Assembly (NCBI GenBank): GCA_000092065.1
Contig: CP000586.1
Length of the DNA stretch: 64,000 nt
Source: Ostreococcus lucimarinus
Lineage: Eukaryota
Strand: one strand, 5' to 3'
This document shows positions 51,140 to 63,700 of this stretch, in pieces; the stretch's first letter is position 1, and every line of letters begins with the position of its first letter. The notes beneath the pieces were generated by a model. It saw nothing but the letters and a program-made list of their open reading frames with translations. It was not told the DNA's origin and did not search any database. The translations under genes were made by a program, and so were the position numbers.

Positions 51140-51763
51140 CTACATCCCGAGTCTCGCCGCCGCTTTATTCTCCTCAGGAACCTCGTGATCTTGCGGCTGT
51201 GCGCTCGACTCGTACACCGCGGTGACGACCATATCTCTATCGTGCCCCGTCCCTTCACCTCGCAAACCGATGTACCAAATCTCCGTCTCGCCGTCGTCGT
51301 TGAAATTCGCCGGAAAATAAAGCGTCACGCTCGCCGTCGCCTGCCAACTCGCCGCCTCCGTCGTGTACTCCAGCACCCCGTCCTCATCGACGGTCAAATC
51401 CCATTTCTGCGTCGGCGTCTTCCTGCTCGCGTTCATCGCGTCGATGTCCCGTCGATTCGCGAACGCCCGCATCTCTCGCGGCGCTCGCCCGTCCGCGCCG
51501 CCGAGCACCATCACCCCTCGCAGCTTCACGTCCGTCGTGAACGGAATCCTGATCACCAGCTCCCCGTCGTCTTCGCTCACGAGCGCGCGCCCCGTGCGAT
51601 CGTGTCGTCGCTCCCACGCGCGAATCACGCCCGGCGCCGCGTCGTCTTCGCGCGCGTTGAACGCCGTGACCGCCGGGACGTCGACGAACGCGTGCAGCGA
51701 CGCGTTCCCGCACGTCGACGCGTCGCAATCGTGATCGTGCGCGCAGCACGCGTCGGGCGACAT
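51140..51763 (-). CDS. PITHD1: PITH-domain protein (PITHD1-like)
   Basis: LRGVMVLGGADGRAPREMRAFANRRDIDAM...EIWYIGLRGEGT matches the PITH/DUF1000 domain (cf. VFYIGLRGEW). Confidence 0.7.
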   Translation of the reverse strand: MSPDACCAHDHDCDASTCGNASLHAFVDVPAVTAFNAREDDAAPGVIRAWERRHDRTGRALVSEDDGELVIRIPFTTDVKLRGVMVLGGADGRAPREMRAFANRRDIDAMNASRKTPTQKWDLTVDEDGVLEYTTEAASWQATASVTLYFPANFNDDGETEIWYIGLRGEGTGHDRDMVVTAVYESSAQPQDHEVPEENKAAARLGM

Positions 51764-52199
51764 GTCTCTCGCGCGCCGTCGCGCGCTCGTCGTCGCCGTC
51801 GCGCACTGCGGTCGCTCGGGACATCGCTCGCGACGCCGCGCGCGTCAAAACTCGCCTCGCATGGCGTCGCGCGACGGCCGCGCGCCCGGCGCGCTCCGCG
51901 CCGTGTTCGGCGGTTTCGCCGGCTCCGTCGCCTTCGTCGTCGGCGGGTTCGCGACGATCGCGGCGACGACCACGGCGGCGTCGCGCGCGCTCGTTCGGCG
52001 ACGGCGAAGGGCGCGAAACGCGCGCTGCGCGGCGTGCGCGGGAGGGAAGTTTGTGAGGTGTCGCACGTGTCGAGGGAAGCGCGCGATCGAGTGGCAACCG
52101 CTGGAGGCGCCGACGGTGGATCGGCTGTGCCTGTGCCCGACGTGTCAGGGGACGGGGATGGCGAAGTGCTTGAACTGTCTGGGCGACGGGTTGATTTAG
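51762..52199 (+). CDS. small TM protein with DnaJ-type CxxCxGxG zinc finger (LQY1/BSD2-like)
   Basis: Hydrophobic FGGFAGSVAFVVGGFATIAA, then CAACAGGKFVRCRTCRGKR...CLCPTCQGTGMAKCLNCLGDG (four CxxC pairs). The real start is probably Met at about 51861. Confidence 0.55.
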   Translation: MSLARRRALVVAVAHCGRSGHRSRRRARQNSPRMASRDGRAPGALRAVFGGFAGSVAFVVGGFATIAATTTAASRALVRRRRRARNARCAACAGGKFVRCRTCRGKRAIEWQPLEAPTVDRLCLCPTCQGTGMAKCLNCLGDGLI

Positions 52200-52258
52200 A
52201 TCGATGTAGAGGCGCGCGGGCGCGCGCGTGTAATAGTGTAATAGTGTGTAACATTACG

Positions 52259-54052
52259 TCATTGCTTGACCGCGGCTAAGGTAACGGCGTGCTTGGTGCG
52301 GTCGTACATGCGCCTGAGCTCGACCTCGGCTTCGTCGGTCCACGCGCCCCAGCGCCCGATGCTCTGGTGGCGCTTCCACTTTTGTTCTTGGGCGAGACGA
52401 AGGGTGTGCGCGTCGCCCACGCCCGAGGTGAAGAGCAGGAGAGTGTTCGAGGGTAACTCGTCCCAGATCTCGCCCACGATGGTGTCGAGACGTTCGAGCG
52501 CTTCTCGGCGAGTCTTGTCGGCGACGACGCGCTCGTCGTCGCTCGGCTGCGTTTCGCGAGCGTGCGCCCGCTGCGCCTCGGCGGAGAGTACTTTGCTGTA
52601 CTCATGCAGGTGACCAAAGACGGCCACCTTGTTGAGTGGCATCGGCGTCTTCACGTGCGCTATGATTGCGTCTTTCACTTCGTTGTCGTCGTTCGCCTCG
52701 ACAACGCGAGCGCTTCCCGCGGGTAGTCGTCGACACAACGCGGGAGAGTCCACCATCACGCACTCCACTTTGTGTGTCGATAACACGTCGAACACGCCAC
52801 CACCATCGGTCGCGACTTCACCAAACGATGGACCGTTTATGAACTTCAACAAAGCTAGTTCCATCGTCGCTCGCGCATCCGCGACAGAATCGTGCGAACC
52901 TTCTTGAATTTTCCTCCCGAGGTAGCGTTCGGTGAGAAACCGCAACGCGTTGCGATAAGGCGCGCCCTTTTTGTGTGGATACAGAGCGCACGTATCGATG
53001 ACGTTCGCGTGTATAATTTTCAATCGCTGCAGATCGTTTTCCAGTGAGTGACCGATCAAAATCGTTTCGCAAGGAATCATCTCCAGAAGTTCGCGCTGGA
53101 CGTCTTGCAGCGTCGTCTGCACGCCTTCCATCTGCTCCGCCGTGATACCGCTGTGCTCGGTGTTGTAATTCGTGATCTCCGTCGGTGGTTTAACCAATTT
53201 ATCGTACACTATCTCTCCGTCTTCTTTGACGACCGAAATCCGCGTGAGCTGCAAACCTTCCGCGGTGTAGCAAAACTCGCAATCGAGCGCCAAAAAGGCG
53301 TAATAACCAGATCCTCTCGCGATTCCGCCGCCTGCAGGCTGCGTCGCCACAAATCCATCATCTAATTCTAAACTACCATCCTCTTTGAGCGTCGGGAGCG
53401 GGTAAACCATGTCGCTCATGTCCCCCGGACTCAAAACGAAGCGCGACGGCGCGTGCGCGAAGACGCGCTTGCACAAATCCTTCGCCTTCGTGCTCGCCTT
53501 GAACTTTTTACTTTTGTTGCCATTCCCATCCTGACCGTTCTTCCCGTGCACCGAATACATCAACGCCTTACAAAGCGTCATCCCAACCGCCGTCGGGCTC
53601 TCGCAAATCGTCCTCAACCCCTCCCCGAGCTCGCGCTTCATCCGCGGGCACGTCGTTGCGCCTTCGTCGCACCATCTCGCGTGATCCAACCCCGGCGCCA
53701 GAATCATCACCACTCGATCGATCAGCGGTTTATTCCTCACAAACGCCCATCGCGGATTCACGCACTCCTTCGCGCTTTCCGGCAGCAGCGTCCACAGCGC
53801 CAGCTCGTGCGCGTGCGCCAGCTTAAAGTTGTTCGCGCACTCCCGCTTCACGCGCGCCTCCGCTCGACCGTCGACGCCGTAAATCTCCGCCCGCTCGCGC
53901 ACCGACAGCTCGTACGCCTCGCGTCGGTCGACCGCGTCCTCGCGCATCGCCGCTTCTTCGCTCGACGACGTCGTCGCGTCGTCGTCGTCGTCGTCGTCGT
54001 CGTCATCAATTCGCGCGCGCTTTTTCGACTCCATCTCGTCCTCGACCGTCAT
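52259..54052 (-). CDS. RNA exonuclease REXO1/Rex1 (RNH70)-like, DEDDh
   Basis: Exonuclease core [25 protein letters not shown]...[23 protein letters not shown]...[13 protein letters not shown], plus an N-terminal Rex1-type region. Start taken at Met [11 protein letters not shown] (54050-54052); the ORF extends to 54670. Contains a (GTC)9 poly-Asp tract. Confidence 0.7.
   Translation of the reverse strand: MTVEDEMESKKRARIDDDDDDDDDDATTSSSEEAAMREDAVDRREAYELSVRERAEIYGVDGRAEARVKRECANNFKLAHAHELALWTLLPESAKECVNPRWAFVRNKPLIDRVVMILAPGLDHARWCDEGATTCPRMKRELGEGLRTICESPTAVGMTLCKALMYSVHGKNGQDGNGNKSKKFKASTKAKDLCKRVFAHAPSRFVLSPGDMSDMVYPLPTLKEDGSLELDDGFVATQPAGGGIARGSGYYAFLALDCEFCYTAEGLQLTRISVVKEDGEIVYDKLVKPPTEITNYNTEHSGITAEQMEGVQTTLQDVQRELLEMIPCETILIGHSLENDLQRLKIIHANVIDTCALYPHKKGAPYRNALRFLTERYLGRKIQEGSHDSVADARATMELALLKFINGPSFGEVATDGGGVFDVLSTHKVECVMVDSPALCRRLPAGSARVVEANDDNEVKDAIIAHVKTPMPLNKVAVFGHLHEYSKVLSAEAQRAHARETQPSDDERVVADKTRREALERLDTIVGEIWDELPSNTLLLFTSGVGDAHTLRLAQEQKWKRHQSIGRWGAWTDEAEVELRRMYDRTKHAVTLAAVKQ
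53978..54004. repeat. (GTC)n microsatellite encoding poly-Asp in Rex1 N-terminus
   Basis: gtcgtcgtcgtcgtcgtcgtcgtcatc. Confidence 0.85.
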
Positions 54053-54551
54053 CGATTCGCGCGCGCGCGCGCCCGCGACGCCCGCGCGCGACGCTCGTCC
54101 CTCCGCGCGCGTCCCACCGCGCGCGCGACGTCGCGACGTGCGGCGTCGCCGCCGCGCGCCGCGCGCGTCCCGAACATCACACTCGCGCGCGGTGCCAGTG
54201 GCTGAAACGCGCCTGCGACGCCGACGCGCGTCACAATTCAACGCGCGACGACGCTCGCGATGCAGGGCTACGGGTACGGGTGCGTCAGCGCGCGATGCGG
54301 CGATATATTGGACGCGCGATCGCGCGGTGCGCGAGGGCGATGACGCGTCGCGCGCGACGCGACGCGCGGCGATCGAGGACGATCGAGGCGATCTCGGGAT
54401 TTGGCAGAATTTTGGGGTTCTCGAACGCGCGGGAACGCGGGAAACGCGGGACGCGCGTCGAACGGATCGAACGCGCGGTCGGATGGCGGTGAGAGACGGT
54501 GATGACGCGTCGTGGGACGTCGCGAGATCGAGCGCGAAGACTGACGAGACG

Positions 54552-55811
54552 ATGGGATGGAACGAACGAACGCGCAGGGCGCCCCCGCCGCAGCCGCAAC
54601 AAAACGGAAACTGGAAGGACACGCTCGCGTTGCCGCCTCGAGATGAGCGGTATCGCACGGAGGATGTCACGGCGACGAAAGGAAATGAGTTTGAGGATTA
54701 TTTTCTCAAGAGAGAGCTCCTGATGGGGATCTTTGAAAAGGGTTTTGAGAGACCTTCGCCGATTCAGGAGGAGTCGATTCCCATCGCGCTCACGGGACGA
54801 GACATTTTGGCTCGGGCAAAGAATGGGACGGGGAAGACGGCGGCGTTTACTATTCCCATCCTCGAGAAGGTTGATACCAGTAAGAATATCATTCAAGCGG
54901 TCATCTTGGTGCCGACGCGCGAGTTGGCGCTGCAAACGAGTCAAGTCGCAAAGGAACTCGGAAAGCATTTGGGGGTCGCCGTCATGGTTACCACAGGAGG
55001 TACTTCTTTGAAGGATGATATCATGCGTTTGCACCAGCCGGTGCACATCGTCGTCGCGACCCCTGGTCGTCTCGTCGATTTGGCGAGTAAGAGCGTGGCT
55101 AAATTGGGCCAAGCTACGATGCTCGCCATGGATGAGGCCGATAAGCTCCTTTCACCCGAATTCCAACCCGTCATCGCCCAAGTGATCAACTTCATGGCGA
55201 AGAACCGACAAATATTGTTGTACTCCGCCACTTTCCCGGTCACGGTGAAGGACTTCAAGGACAAGTATTTGCGTAAGCCTTACGTTATCAATCTCATGGA
55301 AGAGCTCACGCTGAAGGGTATCACCCAATACTACGCCTTCGTCGAAGAAAAGCAAAAGGTGCACTGCTTGAACACCCTCTTCAGCAAACTTCAAATCAAC
55401 CAATCCATCATTTTCTGTAACAGCGTCACTCGCGTAGAGTTGCTCGCTAGGAAAATCACCGAACTTGGATATTCTTGCTTCTACATTCACGCCAAGATGA
55501 TTCAGGCGCACCGCAACCGCGTCTTCCACGACTTCCGCAACGGCGCTTGCCGCAACTTGGTGTCGTCGGATCTCTTCACTCGCGGTATCGATATTCAATC
55601 CGTCAACGTCGTCATCAACTTCGACTTCCCGAAGAATTCTGAGACGTACTTGCACAGAGTCGGTCGATCCGGCCGTTTCGGTCACCTGGGCATCGCCGTG
55701 AATCTTATTACTTACGACGATCGCATGAATTTGTTCCGCATCGAACAAGAACTCGGAACGGAGATTCAACAAATCCCTTCCCAGATCGATCCATCAAAAT
55801 ACTGCCGATAA
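54552..55811 (+). CDS. DDX6: DEAD-box RNA helicase DDX6/Dhh1/RCK
   Basis: Q-motif region [48 protein letters not shown] (here DEAD-like MDEAD), [13 protein letters not shown]; collinear with DDX6 orthologues. Start at Met MGWNERT. Confidence 0.9.
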   Translation: MGWNERTRRAPPPQPQQNGNWKDTLALPPRDERYRTEDVTATKGNEFEDYFLKRELLMGIFEKGFERPSPIQEESIPIALTGRDILARAKNGTGKTAAFTIPILEKVDTSKNIIQAVILVPTRELALQTSQVAKELGKHLGVAVMVTTGGTSLKDDIMRLHQPVHIVVATPGRLVDLASKSVAKLGQATMLAMDEADKLLSPEFQPVIAQVINFMAKNRQILLYSATFPVTVKDFKDKYLRKPYVINLMEELTLKGITQYYAFVEEKQKVHCLNTLFSKLQINQSIIFCNSVTRVELLARKITELGYSCFYIHAKMIQAHRNRVFHDFRNGACRNLVSSDLFTRGIDIQSVNVVINFDFPKNSETYLHRVGRSGRFGHLGIAVNLITYDDRMNLFRIEQELGTEIQQIPSQIDPSKYCR

Positions 55812-56492
55812 TTTCATAACACGACGAATCATTCGTGCAAATGATTAGGCAGATAACAACTGCTTCGATAGGTTAGCTTAATAATGGTGAGTGGCGAATG
55901 ATGAACGCTCGCGCGAGGGCGCGGCGTCTTATCGTACGTGGGTTTCCTTCTGGGACGACACAGTTTTTTATGGTGCGTTCCATCTCACGAAGGAAACCGA
56001 CGTTGTAGCATAAACGCAAAGTGGCGATGGAGAACCAGACGGGTTTGTTCTCGGAAATACACAAAATACCTCGCGTCGCGTCTCGCGCGTGGGGGCACAA
56101 AACGAAAAAGACGGCGCTGTCTCGCTCTGAGACTGCGCCGGCACGAATGGATTGAACCATCTCTGTGTCTCATCGAGACGTCGCGGAGTCAATCCAAACA
56201 AGCGAAGATATTTTCTCGCTCCATGATACGCCAAGGATAATTACTTGGCGACGTTCGTCGACGAGCGCCTCGCGTTCGTCGCGCACTCAAGATGCGCCGC
56301 CCCCGTGGCGTCGTACCCACTTTCACGCCTCTTCGTCTGTACGGACATCTTTCTGAGGTTACATGGCAGCCTTTGGCTTAGCCTTTACATACATACACAG
56401 CTAGTGCGCACTCGAATAGACGCGAATAACATCGCGGAATGATTTGTAAGCGACGTTATATACTACAATGACTCTACCATACTACAATGACT

Positions 56493-57296
56493 CTACTTGT
56501 TCCGCCCGGCGAAAATCGCTTCGCCCGACGGAGTCAGACGCCACGAATCATCTCGCAGCAAACCTCTCGGAATGATGATATGTCGGTACGCGGCCGAACA
56601 TTGATAACCGACGCGCCCGGGAATGTAAGACGCGAACAATCCCCACTTGTCGCCGCAGCCGTACTGTTTCGCCACCTCGACGAACCGCTCGATTTCGCCT
56701 TCATCCCAGTCTCCGTTGCGCTGCTCTTCTCCGCCAGTGTGCCGGTAAAAGTACGCGTTGGGATTCTTATACAGCATTCGCCTCGCGTGATCTCGAGCTT
56801 GTTCGCCCTTTCCGGGCCTGCGGTCTCCCGAGCCACCACCGTTTAGCTCCCAAGCCTTGTTCGCATTCTCCGCGATGCCGAGTCGGATTCGTTCTGTTTC
56901 CTCCACCCAACCGTGGAACCCTCCGACCATTTTCGGGCCAGGTTCGAGTCCATGCATCGCGCAGTACTCGTCGCACGTCAAGTGGCACTCCAAAGCCTCG
57001 TCGATTTCTCCCTTGGGCTTATCATCTTCGCCAATTTCCACCCATCGCCCCTTCGAAGACTCGCCTCGCATTCTTGCGCTTCGTCGCGTCGGCTCCGCCG
57101 GCGTCTCCTCCTTCTTCTCTCGTCTCTTTCGCTTCGAGTCCTTCGCCTCGCCCGCGGATTTCTCTAGCGCATCTTTCGATTCGCGCACTTTCAGCGACGC
57201 CAACAATTCGTTGTTTCGTCGCACGCGCGCCTGTTTCGTTCGTCGACGCGCTTCGTCAGTCTGTCCGCGCGACGACTTTGAATTCAAATCATTCAA
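56493..57296 (-). CDS. SANT/Myb-like domain protein (hypothetical), lysine/arginine-rich N-terminus
   Basis: DWDEGEIERFVEVAKQYGCGDKWGLFASYIPGRVGYQCSAAYRHII fits a Myb/SANT repeat. Basic N-terminal region. Confidence 0.45.
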   Translation of the reverse strand: MNDLNSKSSRGQTDEARRRTKQARVRRNNELLASLKVRESKDALEKSAGEAKDSKRKRREKKEETPAEPTRRSARMRGESSKGRWVEIGEDDKPKGEIDEALECHLTCDEYCAMHGLEPGPKMVGGFHGWVEETERIRLGIAENANKAWELNGGGSGDRRPGKGEQARDHARRMLYKNPNAYFYRHTGGEEQRNGDWDEGEIERFVEVAKQYGCGDKWGLFASYIPGRVGYQCSAAYRHIIIPRGLLRDDSWRLTPSGEAIFAGRNK

Positions 57297-57654
57297 TCGC
57301 GACGTCCACGCACCTCACGCTCGCGTTCGTAATCCGTCAACTGCGACGATCGAACCGGCGATTTCACTAAGTTTTCCCGAGACGTCGCGCGCGCGTCGAC
57401 GCGCGCCAGTTCCACCGTTTCCACCGACGTCGCGTTCGAATTCGGTTTCGAGCTGTCGCCCTCGAGTCGTCGCGTCGCCGTCGGTTTCGACGCCGATTCC
57501 GGGGGCACCGCGCCGTTGATCTCGAAGAACGCCTTTCGCCGCCCCGGCGACGCGGTCGCGTTCGCGCGCGAAGGCATCTCGCGCGCGCGAGACGCGTCGA
57601 GGTGTGCGGTTGTCTGCTGCGTTCCTACGGTTGTTACAATGCGCCTCGGCGATG

Positions 57655-58614
57655 CTATTCATTACTAATTTCCGCCTCCGCGGCGTCGCCGACGGCGCTG
57701 TCGTTGAGCGCGCAACACGTGACGGCTTTGTGATGACCGCTGTACACGCGAATGGCTTCGCCCGTGGAGCAATCCCACAGGCGCGCGGTGGTGTCCGAAC
57801 TCGCGGTGACGAGATAGGCTGCGTCGACGCTAAAGACACAATCCCACACCCAGCGCTGATGACCCTCGAGCACGCGCTCGAGCTTGAACCCATCTAAATT
57901 CCATAGTTTGACCGTCTTATCGCTCGACGTCGTGGCGAGTAAGCGACAATCCGGGGAAATTAAACACTTTAACACGTACCCGTTGTGCGAGTTGAGCTTG
58001 TGCAACGGCTCAAAATGCGCCGTCGTCTTCGACCCGGGCTGTAATTTCCACACGTAACACGTCCCTTTACTATTTCCCGCCACCACCATGGACCCATCGC
58101 CCGCGACCGTGAGCGATTGCACCGCCGTTCCTACCTCTGGCACGAGTTCGCACGAGCACGCGTTCGCCGTCAAATCCCACACTCGAATGTTCCCATTCTG
58201 ATCCGCGCTCATCAGCTCCGTCCCGTTCGGATGCAACACCACGCTCGTCACCGCGCCTCGACTCTCGTACTCTCGCTGATACCCTCCCGCGCGCAAATCC
58301 CAAATCTTCACCGTCCCGTCCTCGCTCCCCGTGTACATCCAGCTCCCGTGCGGCTCGAATCCCACCGCCGTCACGTTCCCCGTGTGTCCATCGTACGACG
58401 TCACCGCCTGCGGGTTCGACGCGTTCACCTCGAACAACCGCACGTGCGGATTCCCCGCCGCCGCGAGGTATCGCTTGTCCGGCGTGATCTCCAGCTTGTT
58501 CACCTGCGAGTCCGCGTACTGCAGCGTTCGATAGCACACCCCGCGCGTCGCCTCCCAGAACCGCACGGTGTGGTCGTATCCCGCCGTCGCGAGCACGACG
58601 CTCGGCGTCGGCAT
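57655..58614 (-). CDS. LST8: TOR complex subunit LST8 (WD40)
   Basis: [22 protein letters not shown]...[11 protein letters not shown]...[10 protein letters not shown]...[11 protein letters not shown]; collinear with LST8/GbetaL over seven WD repeats. Confidence 0.85.
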   Translation of the reverse strand: MPTPSVVLATAGYDHTVRFWEATRGVCYRTLQYADSQVNKLEITPDKRYLAAAGNPHVRLFEVNASNPQAVTSYDGHTGNVTAVGFEPHGSWMYTGSEDGTVKIWDLRAGGYQREYESRGAVTSVVLHPNGTELMSADQNGNIRVWDLTANACSCELVPEVGTAVQSLTVAGDGSMVVAGNSKGTCYVWKLQPGSKTTAHFEPLHKLNSHNGYVLKCLISPDCRLLATTSSDKTVKLWNLDGFKLERVLEGHQRWVWDCVFSVDAAYLVTASSDTTARLWDCSTGEAIRVYSGHHKAVTCCALNDSAVGDAAEAEISNE

Positions 58615-58847
58615 CGCGTCGAGCGCTCGGCGTCGCGCTCGGCGTCGTCCGTCGCGTCGCGCTCGCGACGCGACGCGCGACGTCGACGCGACGCGCGGCG
58701 TCGCGGATTCGCGGCGACGCGCGACGCGACGCGCGTCGTAAAAAAACGCCGGTCGCAAAAAAACGCGCGTTTAAGCGTGTAGATTACCTTTCAACGCAGA
58801 GACGATCGCATTCGCGATGGCGCACTGTTTATGCACACGGCGCGCGA

Positions 58848-60587
58848 ATGACTCGAGCCGGCGGCGCGCCGGCGACGGATGACGGCGGATGGCGACGGCG
58901 CGCGCTTTATCCGACGCGCGACGGGACGGCGACGACGCGAACGACGCGCGCGAACGACGACGCGATGGCGGACGAAGACATGGAGGCGCTCGAGCGCATG
59001 ATGGCGGCCATGGAGGCGAAGGAACGCGAGGCGGTGGACGACCACGTGACGAGTCGGTTTCCGAAGATGCGCATCGCGTGGGAGGCGAACGCGATCGAGG
59101 GCGGCGCGGACGCCGTCGTCGTCGCGGGATGCGCGCCGATCGACGTCGGCGGTGGACGCATGAAAGAGTTCGCCGGACACGCGTTTCACGAGCTGGCGCG
59201 GATGAAGAGTGGGTTGAGCGCGGTGTGCGAAGTCAAGCTGGCGAAGAAGGCGTCGATGGCGGCGCTGGACGAGGAGGCGATGGATGACTTTGTGGATTTT
59301 GATTCTCCGGAGTTTAAGATGAAAAAGACGAAGCGACGAGGGAATAAGGAGTTTGGTGATCACTACGGCGCGTTGGGGTTGGCGACGAAGCGATACTTGG
59401 CGACGAAGGAGGAAATTCTTGAAAAGCATCGCTGGTTGACGATCGCGTTGCATCCGGATAAGCGCGGGGTGGCGCAAGTCGACGCCGTCGAAGCCGAGCG
59501 CATTGAACAGCGCTATAAGGCTGTCGTGACGGCGATGGAAGTCTTGACGGATAAGGCGAGAAGACGGGAGTTTGATTCCGTCGATGCGCCGGATTACAAG
59601 TTCCCATCCTCGTGCGAAGAGGGTGAGTTTTTCGAGACCTTTATGCCGCACTTTCACTTGTTGTCTCGCTTTAGCGAAACCAAGCCGGTGCCGATCTGTG
59701 ACGACCCGGATGCGCCGTATGAAGACGTGCGTAAACATTACATTTTCTGGGCGGCGAAGTTCAATTCGTGGAGAGAATTCCCGCACGAAAAAGAAAACGA
59801 CACGGAGACGGCGCACGACCGCGACCATCGTCGTCAAATGGAAAAGGAAAACAGATCCCTTCGCGCCGAATCGAAGAAGAAGGAACAAGCTCAGATTCGT
59901 GCTTTCGTCGAGGCCGCGCAAAAGTACGATCCTCGATGCATCAAGCAACGCGCCATTGAAAAGGCTGCGCGCGATGCGAAGAAGATGAGCCGCAACAATA
60001 GCGCCCGCCAGCTCGCCGAAGAGGACGAGAAGGCCAAGGCTGAGGCTGAGGCCGCCGCGAAGGCTGCAGCCGAAGCCAGCAAGGCCGACAAGGCGAACGC
60101 GAAGAAGGAGCTCGAAAAACTGAAAAAGGCGCTCCGTAAAGAAAAACAGCGACTTCGAGCGATCGGCGCTGTCGCGGAAGGCTGGGTAGATTACCCTGGC
60201 GACGGCGAGCTCGAGAGCCTGTGCGACGCATTGACTATCGATCACGCCAAGGAATTGAAGACGCTGTTGGACGCCGCGATGAACGGCGACGACGTCAAGG
60301 GTCCATGGGACGCCACCGCGTGCGTCCTCGCGTGCTTGGTCTTGGCCAAGGGTGGCGACTGGCAAGCAAAGGCGGATGAAGCCGCCAGCCGCCGCGCTGA
60401 GAGAGAGGCTTCCGACAAGGTTGGCGGAGCGTGGGGCGCCGACGAAATCACCGAGCTCGAAACGGCTACGAAGCAACTGTTCCCGTTGGGTACCATCAAC
60501 CGTTGGGACTCCATCGCGGCTCACATGGCGAGCGCGGGCAAGCCCCGCACCGCGATGTGCTGCATGACGAAGTCTCGCTCGATGTAA
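58848..60587 (+). CDS. DNAJC2: zuotin / DnaJ subfamily C member 2 (J domain + SANT)
   Basis: J domain (HYGALGLATKRYLATKEEILEKHRWLTIALHPDK), zuotin homology domain (FFETFMPHFHLLSRFSETKP), charged coiled region, and a C-terminal SANT (WGADEITELETATKQLFPLGTINRWDSIAAHM). Met 58965 is an alternative start. Confidence 0.85.
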   Translation: MTRAGGAPATDDGGWRRRALYPTRDGTATTRTTRANDDAMADEDMEALERMMAAMEAKEREAVDDHVTSRFPKMRIAWEANAIEGGADAVVVAGCAPIDVGGGRMKEFAGHAFHELARMKSGLSAVCEVKLAKKASMAALDEEAMDDFVDFDSPEFKMKKTKRRGNKEFGDHYGALGLATKRYLATKEEILEKHRWLTIALHPDKRGVAQVDAVEAERIEQRYKAVVTAMEVLTDKARRREFDSVDAPDYKFPSSCEEGEFFETFMPHFHLLSRFSETKPVPICDDPDAPYEDVRKHYIFWAAKFNSWREFPHEKENDTETAHDRDHRRQMEKENRSLRAESKKKEQAQIRAFVEAAQKYDPRCIKQRAIEKAARDAKKMSRNNSARQLAEEDEKAKAEAEAAAKAAAEASKADKANAKKELEKLKKALRKEKQRLRAIGAVAEGWVDYPGDGELESLCDALTIDHAKELKTLLDAAMNGDDVKGPWDATACVLACLVLAKGGDWQAKADEAASRRAEREASDKVGGAWGADEITELETATKQLFPLGTINRWDSIAAHMASAGKPRTAMCCMTKSRSM

Positions 60588-60718
60588 GCAGGCCGCGCTC
60601 GCTCGCGCACACAATTCTTTCCCAGACATTTCTGGCACCTAAACACACACAACGCAAATAACACTAGCTACTTACTTACATGCAATCCACTGTTGATATT
60701 TCGCTATCGTATTACACT

Positions 60719-63700
60719 CTATGCGTCGCTCACCTTGACCGGCAAAAGTCGCCCGACGACGAGCGAGCCGTCGCCGCATCGTTCAGACACAAACATGGAA
60801 TTTTCTGCGTCGCTCCCTTCGGGGGTTTCAAACTTCAAGAGATGATGCGTGCCCGCGAAGTCGGCCCAAAGCGCATTTGGTATCACGTTTCCATCGCTTG
60901 CCGTCACTAACGCCCATTTACCCTCGCCCCAAGGAGTCGCCAATTTCCCAGCCTCGAGGAACTTCATCCCCGGCGTGCCGGCCCAGGACCACTCGCGCTC
61001 TCGCTCGTTCGAAATTTTGGACGCGAGCTCGTGTGATTCAATCGCACTTTTCGTCGGCGCTGACGTCGGTACAGCACAGAGCGCGATCGACTCTTCGCCC
61101 GAGGTTTCAACTCCGGTACCCGCCGCCCACTTCATGAAAGGAACTCGTGACTTCTGTACCTCGCTCGACTCGCCGCTCTTCAGCGCTTCGTAATACGCGT
61201 ACGTATCTCGCATTCGTTCCACATCGCGAACGTGGTAGCTGAAATCAACCGTGATTGGCACATGTTTTGCCATAGCTTGGTCTTTGCGCATGAACAAGAA
61301 GACTGTCTTTGAATTGGCAAAACACAGATAATTGAGCGTTCGCCGGAGGATGCCGACGGCGACGACGTCGCCGTACGATGGGAAGAAGACCGCCGCGTTG
61401 AACACATCTTGCTCTTGCGCCACCGAAACGTCGCCCTTCATGGCGGTCAAACGAGTGGCCATTCGTTCTGCGAAAGCGATAGATTCTTGGGTCGGGGATA
61501 GTCTGAAAAATCCAGCATCTGAGCTCACCACTCGACCGCCGTGCAAGAATCGACTCCAATCCATGGTAGGATCGTCGACGACGTGGTCGTATCCGTACGC
61601 AGAAGCATCGTCCCAACCATCGCTCGCGGACTCCAAATCAGAATCTCTGTAAAAGAATTTCGAAGGGTCATCAAGCAAGACGACTCGCGGATCGACGAAG
61701 ACGACTCCGTGACCGTCTCGAAGAACGGCGTGAATGGCGTACCATTTGAGAGCAGCTTTCGAGAGCGGAGTCTTTTGCGACTTGCGGATCACAGTGGCGA
61801 GTCCGGCATCCCTCGCCGCTTTCGCGATGCTCTCATCATCTGTGACGACCATAGCTCGCTTTATCAATCTATTCTTCTCGATGCCGTGCTCTAGGAACAA
61901 TCCAAACACTTCGGAGTCTTTGGCGTCCGCGACGACGATCATGGCATCGCCGTGCTCATCGAAAGTCAACTTGCTAGAAAGCACATCGCAGATTTCCTTC
62001 ACAGTTTTCCTCAACTTTGAATCACTCCGGCACACACGCTCACTATCGCTGATGACGTGCAATTTTCGATCGAGTTTGTCCACTTTTCCATCCCACGCCG
62101 TCATAGGTTCGCACGTCTTTGCGCCCGCGCGCCCTTTCGTCCACGTCTTGCTTCCGATGAATCCATCATTAATGCTATGCAAGTGACCAGACTCCAGTTG
62201 AATAATAGACTTCAAGCCCTTATCGCAGCCAGTGATGCAGTCGAGCGACGACAACGGTGCGTCCTTGGTGTAATACGCGTGAACGAGCTTGATTTTGTTG
62301 TCCTTGTCCGTGTGATAGTTCGCGTGCATCGCCACCGGGCGATGATTCTCTCGCTGTAAAGGCTTCGAGTGACGAATGATTCGAAACATGACCTTGCTGT
62401 TCATGAAGCAAAACGGATCCATGACTCGCACTGTCGCCCCTGACGTCATGTGCGCGTCGCGACTCGCGAACCAGAGCTCAAGATTGTACCCGCTCTGGTC
62501 CCACAACTCTTCCGTTGCCAAGCGATGCGCCATGATTTTCATCAACCGCAAACTTGCTTCAGTGGCGCTCACGTACCACATGCCGCTATTGAGCGCGGCA
62601 ACGCGAAATGATCCAGCGCGCCGCCGAGCCTCACCGAACGAAACATCGTCGATAGGCTGTAAGAATCCATTGGCTGAATCATTATCGAAGCCATCACTCA
62701 TGCTTTCGATGTCGCTGTCGCGGTACAAGTAATCGAATGGGTTCTGCTGATACGTGACGTCTGTGTCGGTAAGCAGCACAGAACATCCTACGGCGACGAA
62801 CTCTTGAATCAAAGCAAACTTCTTCGCGCTCACTTTGTGATTACCCATCACGGGATCTTCGTGAAAGTAATAGGGCACGCCCAGCTCATCCAAACGCTTT
62901 GTCAGCGGCTCGTCGAGCGCGATGACGAGAAAGTTTGGAACTTTCAACGCGATGAGCATTTCCAAGAATGGCGTCAAACCAGGCGCTTGCGAGTTCGCCA
63001 CCGCGGCTAGTACTTCTCTGTTTTTCGCCACTCGTCGCAAAACTTCGCAAAGCGCCTCGCGTCCGTCGCAGTTCTGAGGCCACTCTTCAGAGTCGCGCGG
63101 AACGATGAAATCTAACGAGCGCGCGGAACCCCATATCCGTCTATTAATTCGCTTCGGTTCACACCTGTTCGGTCTTGAGTCATCCACGACGAACGCATCC
63201 GTTCTGCGCCCATTGATCGCTCGAAGCGCGAACGGTTCCATGAACGATGGCGCCGCCGCGACGTAGGAATCTTCGCTCGATGCGGCGGACGCGTTTGACG
63301 TTCGCTCTTCATTTCGTCGCTCGACGTGCGACGTGACCGTATCTGAAATGACCCGTGATGATGGCGATGGCGGTGGTGGCGACGGTAAAGGCGACGGCGG
63401 TGGCGGCGGTGGCGAGTTTTCCACCGGCGGTGGCGGCGGTGGCGGCGGTGGCGAGGTTTCCACCGGCGGGTCATCGTCCACGTGGACTTCGCGAAGTCGC
63501 GGCGATTCCTCCACCGCCGCGTTCGCCTCCTCCGCCGCTCGATCGCGTCTCTCGATAATCTCCTTCACCTCCGCGTCCACTCGAACATCCAACTCGCGTT
63601 TCACCATTTCGTCCCTCGTTCGTGCGTCGCTCGCCGCGCCCGCCATCGGTTCCCCCCTCAAAAGCGCCCCCCTCGTCGGATTCAATCGATACAAATCCAC

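Noticed and set aside
13267-58614. Functional clustering: ATG1 with LST8 (TOR/autophagy); TrpD with TrpRS (tryptophan).
   Set aside because: Genes are 40 kb and 10 kb apart with many unrelated genes between and on different strands. Most likely coincidence in a gene-dense genome, not a co-regulated cluster.
60680-60910. Apparent 1-nt inconsistency between my manual base counting and ORF-track coordinates around 60680-60841 and about 63805.
   Set aside because: Probably my transcription/counting error. ORF-track coordinates were treated as authoritative, and all hand-derived splice coordinates should be taken as plus or minus 1-2 nt.
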